From Kondoa subrosea (Eukaryota): 64,000 bases of DNA. A program made the translations under genes and the position numbers. Under the pieces are notes generated by a model. It did not search any database. It saw only the letters and a program-made list of their open reading frames with translations, and had not been told where the DNA came from. Positions 51,764-63,741 of the stretch are shown one piece after another (the first letter of the stretch is position 1; each line of letters opens with the position of its first letter). Location of the stretch: positions 879,528 to 943,527 of the forward strand of contig BCIN01000008.1 in assembly GCA_039545335.1 (NCBI GenBank). The letters are read 5' to 3'.

Positions 51764-53551
51764 CTAATACAATCGTCCGAAATAATGCACTAGCCTGTTC
51801 AAACCCAATGGCAGTACCCATTCTCTTGTAAAATATGGTCTTCCATAATAAGCAAGCACCAATATTCCGATCGCACTAACGATTGCGAACTTCCTTCCAC
51901 TGCTCATGCCTTGCGCCATTGCTTTCTTTACCGGTTTCTTCTCTTCTTCCTCCGTTTGATGTGGTATAACTATCCCAACTCTACGCATCACAATTTCTTC
52001 CGCTTCAGAATCGCTTAAAACAGGTATTGGTTTCCAAGTCCAAACACAACTTTTTGGTCCCATAATCTCTTTCACACCTATTTTCTCTAAAGGAAATTCG
52101 ATCCATAATTTCCTAGCGTGTAAAAGAATATCTTCTACTGATACGCTGTTTGGACTGAGTTCAGGGGAAGAAGGATTATCAGATTCGATCAAAGATGTTG
52201 GAGAAAGAGGATCAGGTTGGAAAGCTGGTGTATAAATATCTGGATCATCATATGTCGCTATACCTAGATCTGAATTGATTGATCGAGGTGATCTTGATGA
52301 AGATGAAGAAAGGAAAGAAGCTGATAGAGAAGAATCGGATTCGGTTGATGATTTGGCACGACGGGAAGAAGGTGGTGGTGATAAAGAGCTATGAAGGGTA
52401 GGAAGTTTAGAGAGGGTGTGATGTAGTATCGCAGGATCCGATGCGCTATCCGGATCCAAAGCAGCCAGTTCTTCTTTCTTGGCTTCAATCATCTGCTTGC
52501 TTCTTAAGTATTGGCTAGATATGGCACAAAAAAGGACTTACGGCTACACCTAGATAAACTACAAAAGCTGGATTTTCTGTCAGAAGAACATCGAATAGTC
52601 GAGTGATAGTAGCCAAAGAGTCGAGATCGTGCGAGAGCAGAGTGAGAACCCAAGATAATGAGAAATAGGGAAGTGCCGATATCCTTTGCATTGAAGATTA
52701 GCTCCGTCATTGCTTCAAGACGGCTGACTTACTGCTCGACCAGTCCCGATAATTCTGGATCCACCTTCGCAAGTAGGTTCTTGAGTATCCTGCAGCTCAT
52801 CTTCGCATTATTATCACATGATCATATGCTTGACTAACCTTAAGTAGCCCAGAACTGCATCCAAACTCGGGCCCATGCTGTCTCGCGATCGATGCAAACT
52901 CATCTTTTCTGCACTAGCTTTGGCCAGATCTAGATCATTGAGTACCAGGAGAAGTATAGACATAATATCATGATATCCCTAGCATTGATTTCAGCGTATT
53001 TCGTAGCAGAAACGAGACATCAATCACCTGAAAGTAGTGTAGACCTGGCCAGCTACGTAATACGTGAATGATCAATCCACTAAGCTGCTCTTTTCTCTTC
53101 TCCTTCTCTAACTTGGAAGCGCCTGCACTCTCGCATCAGCCTAAATGCGAAGAGAACCGAATAGCAGTTTCTTGAACGGACCATTGAGCAGCGAGATGAA
53201 GGACCTATTCACATCCAATCCAACCTGGTGTTCATCTCTATGAAGTACTACTTCCTTCGCCTTGCCTTTGCCTTTAATATCTCTCACACCCAATAGATAA
53301 GGCCAAACCAGATTCCTCACTCCCTCGCCTTCAAAGCCTTGAGGAGCATAAGCTAGATCTTTCAACCCTTCCCAATCATTTGTAGCTATCAAAATCTTGC
53401 ATTGCTCCAACAAATCCACTTGTTCGTTTGCTGAACTTGCAGATTTCAAACTCAAGGTAGAAGAGTCTATTCGTGCCAAGGAATCATCCAGAGGATCAGA
53501 TAAGGGTATATGTACAAAAGTACCGGTATCACTTTCTTGTGAATCCTGCAT
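51764..53551 (-). CDS. GYP8: TBC-domain Rab GTPase-activating protein (Gyp8/TBC1D20-like)
   Basis: VRNLVWPYLLG, HRDEHQVGLDVNRSF, LHYFQGYHDIMSI, RDSMGPS, and a C-terminal tail anchor FAIVSAIGILVLAYY. Confidence 0.82.
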
Positions 53552-53583
53552 CCTCGTTGTTCTAGAGCAACCATATAATAATA

Positions 53584-54133
53584 ATGTCATCGAAAGTGAA
53601 AGTCGTTAAAGCTCATGAATTGCAGGAATCGGGCAGCCAAACTAAAGGAATGATAAGACAGAACGCTTTAGTGGATCAAAGTGATCAAATCTGTTCATCA
53701 TGCAAGTTATATTACAGCTTCATACCCCGGATTTCATGCAGAAACTGACAGAAGCTGCAGTAATGATCGCTAAGCCTCATTCGGAAAGTGATGTACACAG
53801 TAAGCTCATGATTGCAGGGAATGGCCTAGAATCTAATTCCTTAATTTCCATTGTTCAGCTCACGGAGATCAAGATACAATCGTATATGCTGCAAGCGGGA
53901 CAGGATTAGTAGTCTGGGACGGTGGAAAGACTAGACAAGAGCTCAAGCAAGGAGACTGGGCTTTGATTCCTGCTCATACGGAACATCAGTACGTTTGCGT
54001 GAACCTCGATCAAGGAATGTAGCTCAAAGAAGACTACAGGGAAGTGAATGAAAGCGATCAAGATGTGGTTTGGGTCATCTGCAGAGGAGGAAGAGTGCCC
54101 AAAGTGAACAACCTTGAAGGATGGACTGCGTAG
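53584..54133 (+). CDS. Small cupin (RmlC-like) protein
   Basis: Spliced product: GMIRQNALVDQSDQICS...MIAKPHSESDVHTHGDQDTIVY...LKQGDWALIPAHTEHQEVN...NLEGW. Confidence 0.85.
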
Positions 54134-54139
54134 CGGTAT

Positions 54140-57100
54140 AACGGAACCTGACTCTTTGTAAAGAAGCCTGCGTCACCATCACGGACGCAAGAGGAACATA
54201 ATCGCGTAGCATGTTGAGGTCACAAATCACCAATGAACGAGACGAAGCAGTCCAGAGCAACAAATCGCTGCACACAAAACATGCAAAGCAGAAAGGCGCG
54301 ATAAATCAGATGATCAGGAGATGATGAGTATCAAGGACGTCCGCTAACGATAGGGCACTGCAAAACCGCTTGCGGGCACGCATCGCAAGTGCATTCGTTC
54401 TTCACAAAGCTTCCGATTCATACTGTCACAGGTGTTCTGAACCGCCAGCCTGTGCTTGCTCATGCACGACTTCGAGTGCTACCGGAATCTATCGCATCTT
54501 TTGTTGCTGTGTACTGCTGGAATCAAGTGAAGTCGTTGCACTAGGTCAAGCCGTGAGACTCTGTTTTGCAAATTGCAAAGAACTACCTACATAAACACCG
54601 CGCGGCACAGCCTGCTGCTCCAGGACTTTCGTTGCGAGTGATCTCTTCGTGTCACCGAACGTGATCATCTCAGCGAAGTTCGCGCTCAAGCGAATCGTTA
54701 GGCCAAACTAGTGAAGCCTCAATGATCGAGCTTCTTCGTCTACAGGAAGAAATATATCGTCTCTGTCATTTCTTACCTGCTATACATACCGCTTCTCTCA
54801 TTATTCGGGCCGAGTGTTCCAAGTGCCCGAAGCGTAAACTTCAGATTGATGATGGCCTAAGACTGTTTCCTTGCAAGATGTTTCGGTTTTCCTTTTGCTG
54901 GGGTACAATTTGGCCAGTAGAAAAGTTTCTGGCTCTTGTAAAGGTTGTCCAGACTAACGATATCTATGTCTTCCCCTCAAATCATACTCGGTAACCCAAC
55001 TTCTCCTTCTCCTGGTGAGTCATTCGTATAGCCTAGATAGCCTAGGCACCTATGCTGATAGATTCGTTTACAGCTTCAGCTTCCTCTTCTTCTGCTACTC
55101 CTTCACCTTCTTTGCGCAAGACTAAGAAGCAATGCCCAACAGCTAAAGGGTACAGCGCGCTGATCCAAGCTATTTCCAGCTTGACAGAGGAAGACTGTCT
55201 ACTATCTCAGGCTCAAGCACTACAAAATATAGAAGCGCAGCGAGATGAAAGCTCGACTTCATCTGGAAAAGAAGCAAAAAGAAGACAAGCTGCAGAAATC
55301 GCTGGTCTCGAAGCTTGGTGTCAGAAAGTCGGCAAAGGTCGTCAGATATTGACCAAGGACGCGTCCTTTCCTAAAGGTGAGCTCTATCCCTAAACTATCG
55401 ATACTTCTTCTAACGATCGAATATCATCAGAACAAGTAGTCGGGTATCTCAGCTTCAAAATCACTTCTCGAGCAGCTTTTGGTCGTCAATCAAGTCTGAA
55501 GAAAGATGGCAAGAAAGCTATTGGAAAGAAGACTGTTCTACGATGGTGGGTCGACCTGAAAGCTGCAGTACGTTTCGACTCTCGCGCTTGATATCTGGTC
55601 TGACGGCACAGTAGCTCCGCAAGAAATACAATATAGTTCCTGAAGAAGTGTTCTCGCTGCAAAAGGTATACACGGGTGCTCAGAAGTGATCGCAAAGCTG
55701 AAAGTTCTGTTAGACTCTCGAGCGATGGACCAAGGCACATGGCTTGACTGACTCTAAGAAGAAAGAGGTCTTCGTTCCGCTAGACCTGAGCTATCTCCTG
55801 GCATTTCTTGTATCGTCAGAAAGTCCGATTAAGGGCAATTATAGAGTAAGATTACCCATCAAATTGCACTGGCTATCTGACGTATGGCGATAGCGCGCAA
55901 GACTTGCGCTTTCTCTAGGGATCATTCAAGGGCACGGTGACAGGCCTGGCGAGGTCTCGCCACCTACTAGTCGCATCAAGAATGCGGACGAAGGGATAAA
56001 TTATTCGGTAGGTCAACGACCTTATCTCTGATACGGCTAAATGACGTTCGATACAGTCATTAGCGTTGTTCGTTGGTAGCAAGGAGGAGCGTGACTCGGA
56101 AGGCCCGACATTTGCTCTTCGCATCGGAACATACATGTCGAAGGTTCAAGGCAAGAAAGCGATGTGAGCTAATTCCCTACAGCCTGTCAACTTGTTGCTA
56201 ATATAGGAATACCGCAGCAAGTCAAAGACATATACTACCAGATCTTGCGACAATATCTTCGATGATGTTGCCACTTTGGCAGTAATGTTTCTGTTGAAAG
56301 ACAAGGCTCTTCGAGATTACACAACCTTTGACGAGCTTGACGAATTATCCCGGAAGACGACTGGAGGAACTCTCGTGCAGATCCATCTCAAGCCAGAGCT
56401 AGACCACAAGCCGTTCCTCCAGCAATGGAACCATCGAGGAGATGGTCCTCTGCCGGAAGAGCAGCGAAAACATCTCGGATATCATTCGGTCGCTCATGGC
56501 TTCAACAAACTCAAAAGGGCGTTAGGCATCAAACGAGGTGTGTTTAGCCAGTTGAGGCGTCATTGGTCTATGCTCACTTACTCCTGACAGAAATTACGCT
56601 GAAGGACTTGCGACCTTCAGTCATTATGCAAGCTGGCTCTGAACTATCATCTGCTCAGATCAAAGTCATGTTGGGTCATTCGATCAACTCCAATACCTAT
56701 GTAAGTTGTCAATTGGCGAGCTTGAGTGTTTGCTCACTATATTGCAGGATTTACACTATACTTCCATGAACGCCATCGTTGATACTCAAGCTCTTGGATT
56801 CGGAGAAGAACAGCGCGATCACCTAATACAGGTAGACTGTCTTCTCTTTAATCCCACTCCTTCTGAATCTATCTGTTAGGCAGCGAACAGTATTCGACAC
56901 ACTGCAGACTATCCAGATAGAATCTATACACCTCCTCTTTTCATGCAGCAGCTGGAGAAAATTCCACAGGCGACTCGGCGAGCTTGGCTCATCAAGGCTG
57001 CGAGCAATTGGTTGGATGAATCGTGAGCCTCTTTTCGTTGTATTGGAATCCTCGGATCCTCTTGCAGTGTTAAGCCAAACTCTAGCAGTCCTTCCTCGAA

Positions 57101-57650
57101 GTCGAAAGGCAAAGGTCGAGCCTTAAGCGAAAGCGAGTCTGAATCGGAAGAAGAAGACAACGAGGACTCTGAAGAGGAAGACTTTCGAATTATTACCGAA
57201 GAAGAAGACAACAATCTTCTCTACAGTGAAGATGGTCAATCTGACGTAGAGCAAAGGTATTCAATTCCAAGGGTTGCAACTTCTCCGATGCGCAATCACA
57301 ACAGCAGGGATAGGCAAGCTTTCCATGTTGAAGTGCCTTGCATCGTAACATCAAGACACGCTAAGTAAGTAAAGCTGTAGATATCTTGTTCATGACAGCT
57401 AAATCCGATTCTTTGCAGACCTTTGAGACGTTCTTCGCGCTTGAGCGTACACACGGGAGAGTGAGAAGAACGGCATTATATATAAAGTCTGCTATCACAT
57501 CATCAAGCATAAGCATAGCATAGCATTTGCATCTTCCATTCGCATATCACTTCGCACAGTTATCGTCGCTTGTCATAAATTATGGTATCGATCTATATGA
57601 TAGATATCCCTTCTGTCCGTCTTTTGTTAGAGTATCACTCGTCTGTCCAT
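54140..57650 (+). mobile_element. Maximum interval of a putative short tyrosine-recombinase element (ends not identified)
   Basis: Space between the cupin stop and the bestrophin stop, containing only the recombinase gene. No convincing terminal or direct repeats were seen. Confidence 0.3.
54966..57464 (+). CDS. Tyrosine recombinase, DUF3435 (Starship captain)/Crypton-like, 13 exons
   Basis: Hand-spliced frame with no stop over 12 GT-AG introns: GLTDSKKKEVFVPLDLSYLL, GDRPGE (Arg 55942), MSK, FLLKDKAL, LKRALGIKREITLKDLR (Arg 56611), MLGH (56677), YDLHY (Tyr 56757) TSMNAIVDTQALGFGE. Confidence 0.8.
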
Positions 57651-57652
57651 TT

Positions 57653-59306
57653 TCAATAGAGCTTTGGTTTCTCATCCAGTGTCGGAACATTTGATCCGCC
57701 TAGACCAAGGTATTCGCGATATTCTATCAATATTATCGATTCATCAGCGATTTCAGTAAGCCTAGACTGAAAGTACCAACCTGACTCTATATCCGCACAA
57801 AATCGATCCAAGGGCAGATCATTTTCTACCGGACAATGCATTAGCTCACGGGGACAAAGAGCGAGCATGATTATCTTACCTTCCCTCCCAAATGGATCCG
57901 ACAATTGTTCAGCAGCACGATCGACACCGAAGAACGTGAAAGTAGCAATTGCTGTTGCTGGCTGTATATTCCGAAGATACCTTTGCATGAGCATATGATA
58001 GTCCGAAGTAGCAAGTACGAACGATAGTGAAGATTCCTAGAGTCTTGACCAACGAAGGAGGAATGGCCAGAAGATAGACTGCCGCGCGATAATCCATCTC
58101 AGTGATCGCAACTCGCCTATACTGATTCTGGCTTACGAAAGAGCATTTGTTGCAGATGCTGTATCAAAAGCACTGAGAATAAGACACGTCGAGAAAGATA
58201 TGACAACTGACAATGGAAAGGACAAGTGGAATGGGCGTGTCCTTGATTCTTTCGCATGAGGTAACGATGTCCGTGGCTTCCTTCAAGCATTGCACACAAT
58301 TCTGTCAATGTTCTTCCTTTTAGCTGAATGACAGCAAATAAGTTGAAACACTGACTCCCAAATCCATTCCGCTTAGGATTTTGGCATCACTAGCTAAAGC
58401 GATTTTGTTGATCCTGTGAAACCCATCCGATCTTCCATCAGCACAAGACTGAGGGGATGTCTAATAGGCTCACGGAGTCTTGCTGGCCTTGATCAATTTG
58501 CTATGCAACTCTTTGATCAAAGCAAGCGGTACGTTTTCTTGTAATCCTTTCTTATGCCTTTGCAATTCCGACTGATTATCATCATTCATTGCTGAGATAC
58601 TTCTTGAGACTTCATTATCGGCTGATCTGTTGATTGTTTGGGTAGAAGTAGATTGGGTTAAGGTGGATAGATAGGTTGGAGATAGGAAAGAACGGAAAGA
58701 ATTGGATTGTAACGGGTCTTCATCTCGTAGGTGATGTCTGCGCTTATATCAGCTATACCAAATTAGACGAGCGATTGTCACGTACTTCAGAGCATAAGGT
58801 AAGGCAACGAGAAGTCCAAGAATCTCGCGAACAGCTGGATCATGCTCTGATTCTAATTCAGGTAGAGCGATTGACAAAGTCCGGAGTAGAGTTCTTGAGG
58901 TAGCTGTTAAGCTGGCCCAGAGCTTCCTTCCTGTATACCCCCGTACTTTCAACAGATTGCGACGAATGATCGAAAGAAGCGGCCGTACCTTCATGCCATC
59001 GATCCGAGCTACTTCCAGAGCGATAGGAGACCACTACGGTGCAGTCTCAGTTGACATAGAACAGCATTCGAGCTCAAATGACATACTCAGGCCGACGATC
59101 ATGCTCAGCACTCCTGCCAGACTGGAGCCTCCAGCACCCAGCCTAGGTGCGATAGTCATCCAATCAAGTATGTAGATAAACAGAGCATAGAGCGAGAACA
59201 GAGCTACTGGAGTTGCGACATGAGGTAAGACTGAGCCTTTCGTTTGAAACAATAGAGGCAGAGGAGCTCCTCGTGGGTGTCTACGCGTTGCAGGCAGAGT
59301 ATTCAT
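57653..59306 (-). CDS. Bestrophin-like (UPF0187/RFP-TM) anion channel
   Basis: GSVLPHV, VSYRSGSSSDRWHEG, GRKLWASLTATSRTL, LLVALPYALK, TFTFFGVDRAAEQLSDPFG, NDLPLDRFC. Confidence 0.85.
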
Positions 59307-59475
59307 CTTGGCTTGAATCCTTCGTCGAGCGAGAGAAAGAAGGACAAGGCTCAAAATGCAAAGTACGTCAACTTCGCCTCGAAGAAATAGCACGAAAGAT
59401 TACAAGGCGAAAGACAGTCTTCTGCATTGTAGTTCAGTACAAACGAATGGCCTCTTATCACGAAGCTTTTTGTAT

Positions 59476-60728
59476 TCACTCTTCTGCCTCTCCTTCCGAT
59501 TCTTCATCGCCTATCAGCAAAGCGAAACGATAGATCAGCATAAGTCTGATCCTTCTCGTACATCCACTGACCTGAAACTTCCTTGTTCTCCCTTGCAACC
59601 CTTTCCATCAAGGCATTGAGTTCCAAATCATCAGTTTCAGAAACGGCTTTTGGCTGTCAAACGCGATACAACAAGCTATCAGCTCTACGGTGATGCAGCT
59701 ATGTTACGCGTCTGACCTTTAGTTTAACGACACATTGCCCTTGGTTTGCCTCAATGACCGTCGTTACTCTCTCAATGGCCTTTTCCAATTTCTCTATCGC
59801 TCCCAATTTATCCGTCGCGTTTGAGATCATGACATACAAAGGAGGAGCAATCAACCGAATATCGATAGGTATCGATTCAGTTGCTACTTGTTGACCTGCT
59901 TCCAATGCCTTTTGAATAGCCAGTACTCCAGCGTAAGAGAAACAAGTGACTTCTAAATCCGCTCGAACTTTGACTGGTTGTGGTGTTAAGCGTCGAGCGA
60001 TGTTGGCTTTGAGATCAGCTAAGACTTCAGGCTCGATTTCTAGATCGCCAAAGACAGAATCCGGTTCTCTGTGAGTCATACAAGAAGGCTCTGAGTACAG
60101 ATAGTACAAAGAATTCTCAGTGACCCACGTGATTGAGATCTTGAAAGCTTCATGTGCGTGACCATACTTCTTGTAGCAAGGCCAGGTGATAGCTTGATGT
60201 AAACTTTCTAGATCTTTGCCAGTCTTTTCCGCTACGTTGCGCATAATCGAATGCACAGTTTTCGACTTGTTGTACTTGTCTTCACATTTCTGAATATCTT
60301 CTGCTGAGACTCTTCGTTTCGACAAATCTATGTAGCCTGTGCGTCGAACCATACGAAATAAATTCAACCCCGAATTCATGAAAGTGCTCAAACGCACCTT
60401 TCTCTTTATCTACCCTCATGACGACCACTACTTCGTTCCTTCCTACTCTAATGAGTTTCTGAATAGACCGGATACGCCTTCGAGAGAGTTCAGAGAGCAG
60501 AATCATTCCTTCCACATTATCGTATTCGAGCTACAACGCATCCAAATCAGCCCGCTATTGGCTACAAATATGCGCTGACTGACCAGCTTGACGTAGGCTC
60601 CCATCTCTTGAATCTGCTTGACCTGCACCATCACCTATTTCATGGATTTCAATTTCGCTCTGTCAGAGGTGAAAGCGACAAAATACGAGCTCATCCACGT
60701 CTGGCAGCGCATTGGCATAGTACCTCAT
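59476..60728 (-). CDS. SUI2: Translation initiation factor eIF2 alpha
   Basis: [73 protein letters not shown]. Confidence 0.97.
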
Positions 60729-61152
60729 ACTGTATAGCAAGGGAATAGAGCTGCTAGAGAGGGTATAAAGGTTGACTTCGCGCTTGCCAGAAAAGAGGGC
60801 GAAATTTCGTGAATTAAACGATGACTCAAATCGTATTTAACGCTCGGAGCCACCGCAGCTATGAGACAGCGAAAGCCTTACGAGTAAGGAGTCTCATTGA
60901 ATGACTTTCGGATTACTAAATCAAAACCTTCCGATCGTTTGAACAGCAATGCCAATGCATCTATGATCCGCAATATCCCTTGACCATTTGCCTACTGTTC
61001 TGTAGATCATGCTGCCCGCTCTGTCTGGTTCACAGAAGTTTTCTGCAGATTACTGTTTCCTTTCCGACTGATAAAGCTACACTCACGAATCTCAATAGGA
61101 ATGAATGAGCAGGAAGAATTAAAACTTACCTTGATACTCATCGAAAGTTTGA

Positions 61153-62220
61153 TCACCTGCGACACGTACAGCTCCTGATATTGAAAACGAAATCTTCTCC
61201 TCTTATCCCTTGAACAATTGTCCTCAATCTTTTGACCCTGCTGATCCATTCACTGGGTAGGTGGGAAACTTGCAGCATCGGACAGTCGATACTGCCCTTG
61301 AGTTGTAAAGATTTGAGAGAAGGTAGCCATCGTGCTTCTTTCAACATGTAACAATATTCTTCAAAAGTGACTAGAGTGCAGCAAATGAGCTCGAGATGCT
61401 GTATGGTGGGAGGCAGACATCTTAAAGCGGATTTGAGCCCTGGAGAAGCTAATTGCTGTGCGTGGAGAGACAAGCTGACCAGGCGGGTTAGCCTCACCGG
61501 TCTGTTGCGTGCTTGCAACAGAACCTCAATGCCGTCCATGATAGTGGTTCTGCAGTTGTTAGGTGCACCAATCGGAGATGAGACGATGGTTGTTATACGG
61601 GAACCGAAGATACAGAGAAATGGATATAGCTGAGGTATGGGTATATGAAGAGATACGACGGCGCTTGAAGCTGTGAAAGAAGATAGCCTCCATAGCGCAC
61701 GGGAGAAAGGCTGGAGTTGAAACGTCGGCTTCGACGACATGGTGCGCCAAATGTGGTAGCGGCGACGAGCAGCTTTAGATCCTTCGATGCCATACACGAT
61801 ATGCGCCATCGTTGAACAATCTGGGAGTAACAAGCTGGTATTGACAAAACTTGTAAGAGGGGAGCGGATTATCAGAGACTTGATAGGCTGACAGAACCCC
61901 TTTGATCCATTCGCTAGGAAGAAATCGAGCTTCTGGAGTTGACAACGAGATCGTCGGCGATCCTGCATATCTTTCATCCACGATTTCCAGCTTTTCTTGT
62001 TCAATGGTCCATGCCATTTTTTATCATCTTTAAAAGATTCCCATGTATTCTCGAATCCCACCTCCACTTTCTCCAGCATCACAATTCGAGAAACGTACAC
62101 CCAGTCCTTTGATATCAAACAAGTTGACAATAGGAACCGCATTCTTGCTTGATAGCTTTTGCTTGAAATGGCTCCAGCTTGAAGTATCAAGAGCTTCAAT
62201 TCGAATGGTAAAACGCTCAT
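61153..62220 (-). CDS. Intronless F-box-like protein, single-module paralog of 13929-15875
   Basis: MSVLPFELKLLILQAG...RMRFLLSTCLISKDW, QKLDFFLA, QPIKSLII, PFSRALWRL, WLPSLKSL. Confidence 0.7.
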   Translation of the reverse strand: MSVLPFELKLLILQAGAISSKSYQARMRFLLSTCLISKDWVYVSRIVMLEKVEVGFENTWESFKDDKKWHGPLNKKSWKSWMKDMQDRRRSRCQLQKLDFFLANGSKGFCQPIKSLIIRSPLTSFVNTSLLLPDCSTMAHIVYGIEGSKAARRRYHIWRTMSSKPTFQLQPFSRALWRLSSFTASSAVVSLHIPIPQLYPFLCIFGSRITTIVSSPIGAPNNCRTTIMDGIEVLLQARNRPVRLTRLVSLSLHAQQLASPGLKSALRCLPPTIQHLELICCTLVTFEEYCYMLKEARWLPSLKSLQLKGSIDCPMLQVSHLPSEWISRVKRLRTIVQGIRGEDFVFNIRSCTCRR

Positions 62221-63689
62221 TTGTTATATTTGATACCCAAATGAATAGTTGGAAAGGGATGTGGTCCTGGAAAAGCTGCAAACTTTTATTTCAACTCTCG
62301 GAATCGGTAGAAGCATGAATAATTGGAAAGTCTGCCGGATATTCCGAGAAAGAAGCTCGCGAACAAGAAACTGCACTGTAGTAGCGTATGTGAAGAATAA
62401 CATGTTGATTGCTGCAGCTTCTGCAAGTACGAGCATCGAACAGGTAGCAACGCAGTGAGCTTATGTCTGATGCATCGATGAAAGCTTGCTTGGGTTGGAT
62501 TTTGCTGGCAATTGGAGAATGGATAACAACACTGTATGTACAGCAGGATATATTGACGCAAATGAGGTTCATGAACGAAGCATTCCAGGAAAACAGGTGA
62601 CGGATGCTAAGCGATATACTGTGGGCTTGAAGATTTGGCCTGTTGACACCGCCAATCACAGACGGGATCTGAGAAAGTAGCCGAGCTTTATCAAGCCTTG
62701 TAATCACCAGACAAAGAATTGAGCCTGATACTCCAGTAGGTTATTGCAACATGAGTTACGCAATTGCCGATGCAAGGCTGATCAATTGACAATACGGTAC
62801 TTGTCGGAAAGCGAAAGCAGCTGCCCAGTGATACCCTCTATAGTTGCCAGACTTGCGAGCGAAGTCGTTGATGTTGTACCAGATCTACGTCCAGATCAGC
62901 GAGGGATAGATCTTCTTGCTCATTACCAGTTGAGCTGATCGGCGAATGACAAAGATATAGAGAATACGTGTGTGATAGAGGTATAGGAAGAGCTGCAGAA
63001 CTTGGAGCTGAATTATCTTCGCCTAGATCTCAGCACAATTCACCGTGTTTGACAATAACAAATGAAGCTGTTCTCAGTCCTGCTTGATATGCGGATGATC
63101 TGTAGGCTCTGGTATCGTTCTTTCGCGGGTATTGGCATATCGTGCTTCAGGTTTGCAAGGTCGCTGAACGAGAGCAAGCTTGCCCCGTGACGATCGTGAT
63201 GAACTGGCCCACTTGCAATAAGTCTACTAGTAGTCTACTAGTAGTCTAGTCCTTGCCAAAGATGCTCAGTACACCAACTGCAGAAGTGAGCTTGCCTCAA
63301 CAGAAGAGCTCTTGCGACGGCTTCAGACAAGCATTGATACTCCTTCTGACCCACAAACGCTAGTTTACAGCTCTCAGCACGTGCAATGTTCCATTCAACG
63401 GAGCAGCGATAAGAGACGCTGGCTGGTATGCCCATAACTTTCTATCGGCCAGAATATGAATCCTTTGGCTGATCTCAGCTCTGTGTGAAACTTCCACGCC
63501 GAAGTTCACGCCTATGGGTTCATTTCACTATGCATCTACTGTATGTAAAAAGCACCTCTTCAAAGTCTGGCGTTTCCGCTCCTGTATGCAGACTAAATAG
63601 GTGCAACATGCGGTTTCTTATGACTTCGTGTGTCATCTTGTTCGCTTGTATGCTTCTTCTTCTCCTTCCTCCAAACCATTACTTTCGCG

Positions 63690-63712
63690 CTCTCTCTCTC
63701 TCTCTCTCTCTC
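63690..63712. repeat. (CT)11 microsatellite
   Basis: Perfect ct repeat upstream of ATG 63742. Confidence 0.85.
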
Positions 63713-63741
63713 CCTCTTTTCCTGGGTCTTGTATTTACATC

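Noticed and set aside
63221..63250. Tandem agtctactagt repeats with palindromic actagt cores as a transposon footprint
   Set aside because: About 2.5 copies of 11 nt, consistent with slippage, and no associated element.
62300..63480. Possible gene or pseudogene
   Set aside because: All frames are interrupted by stops and no motif or consistent splice model was found.
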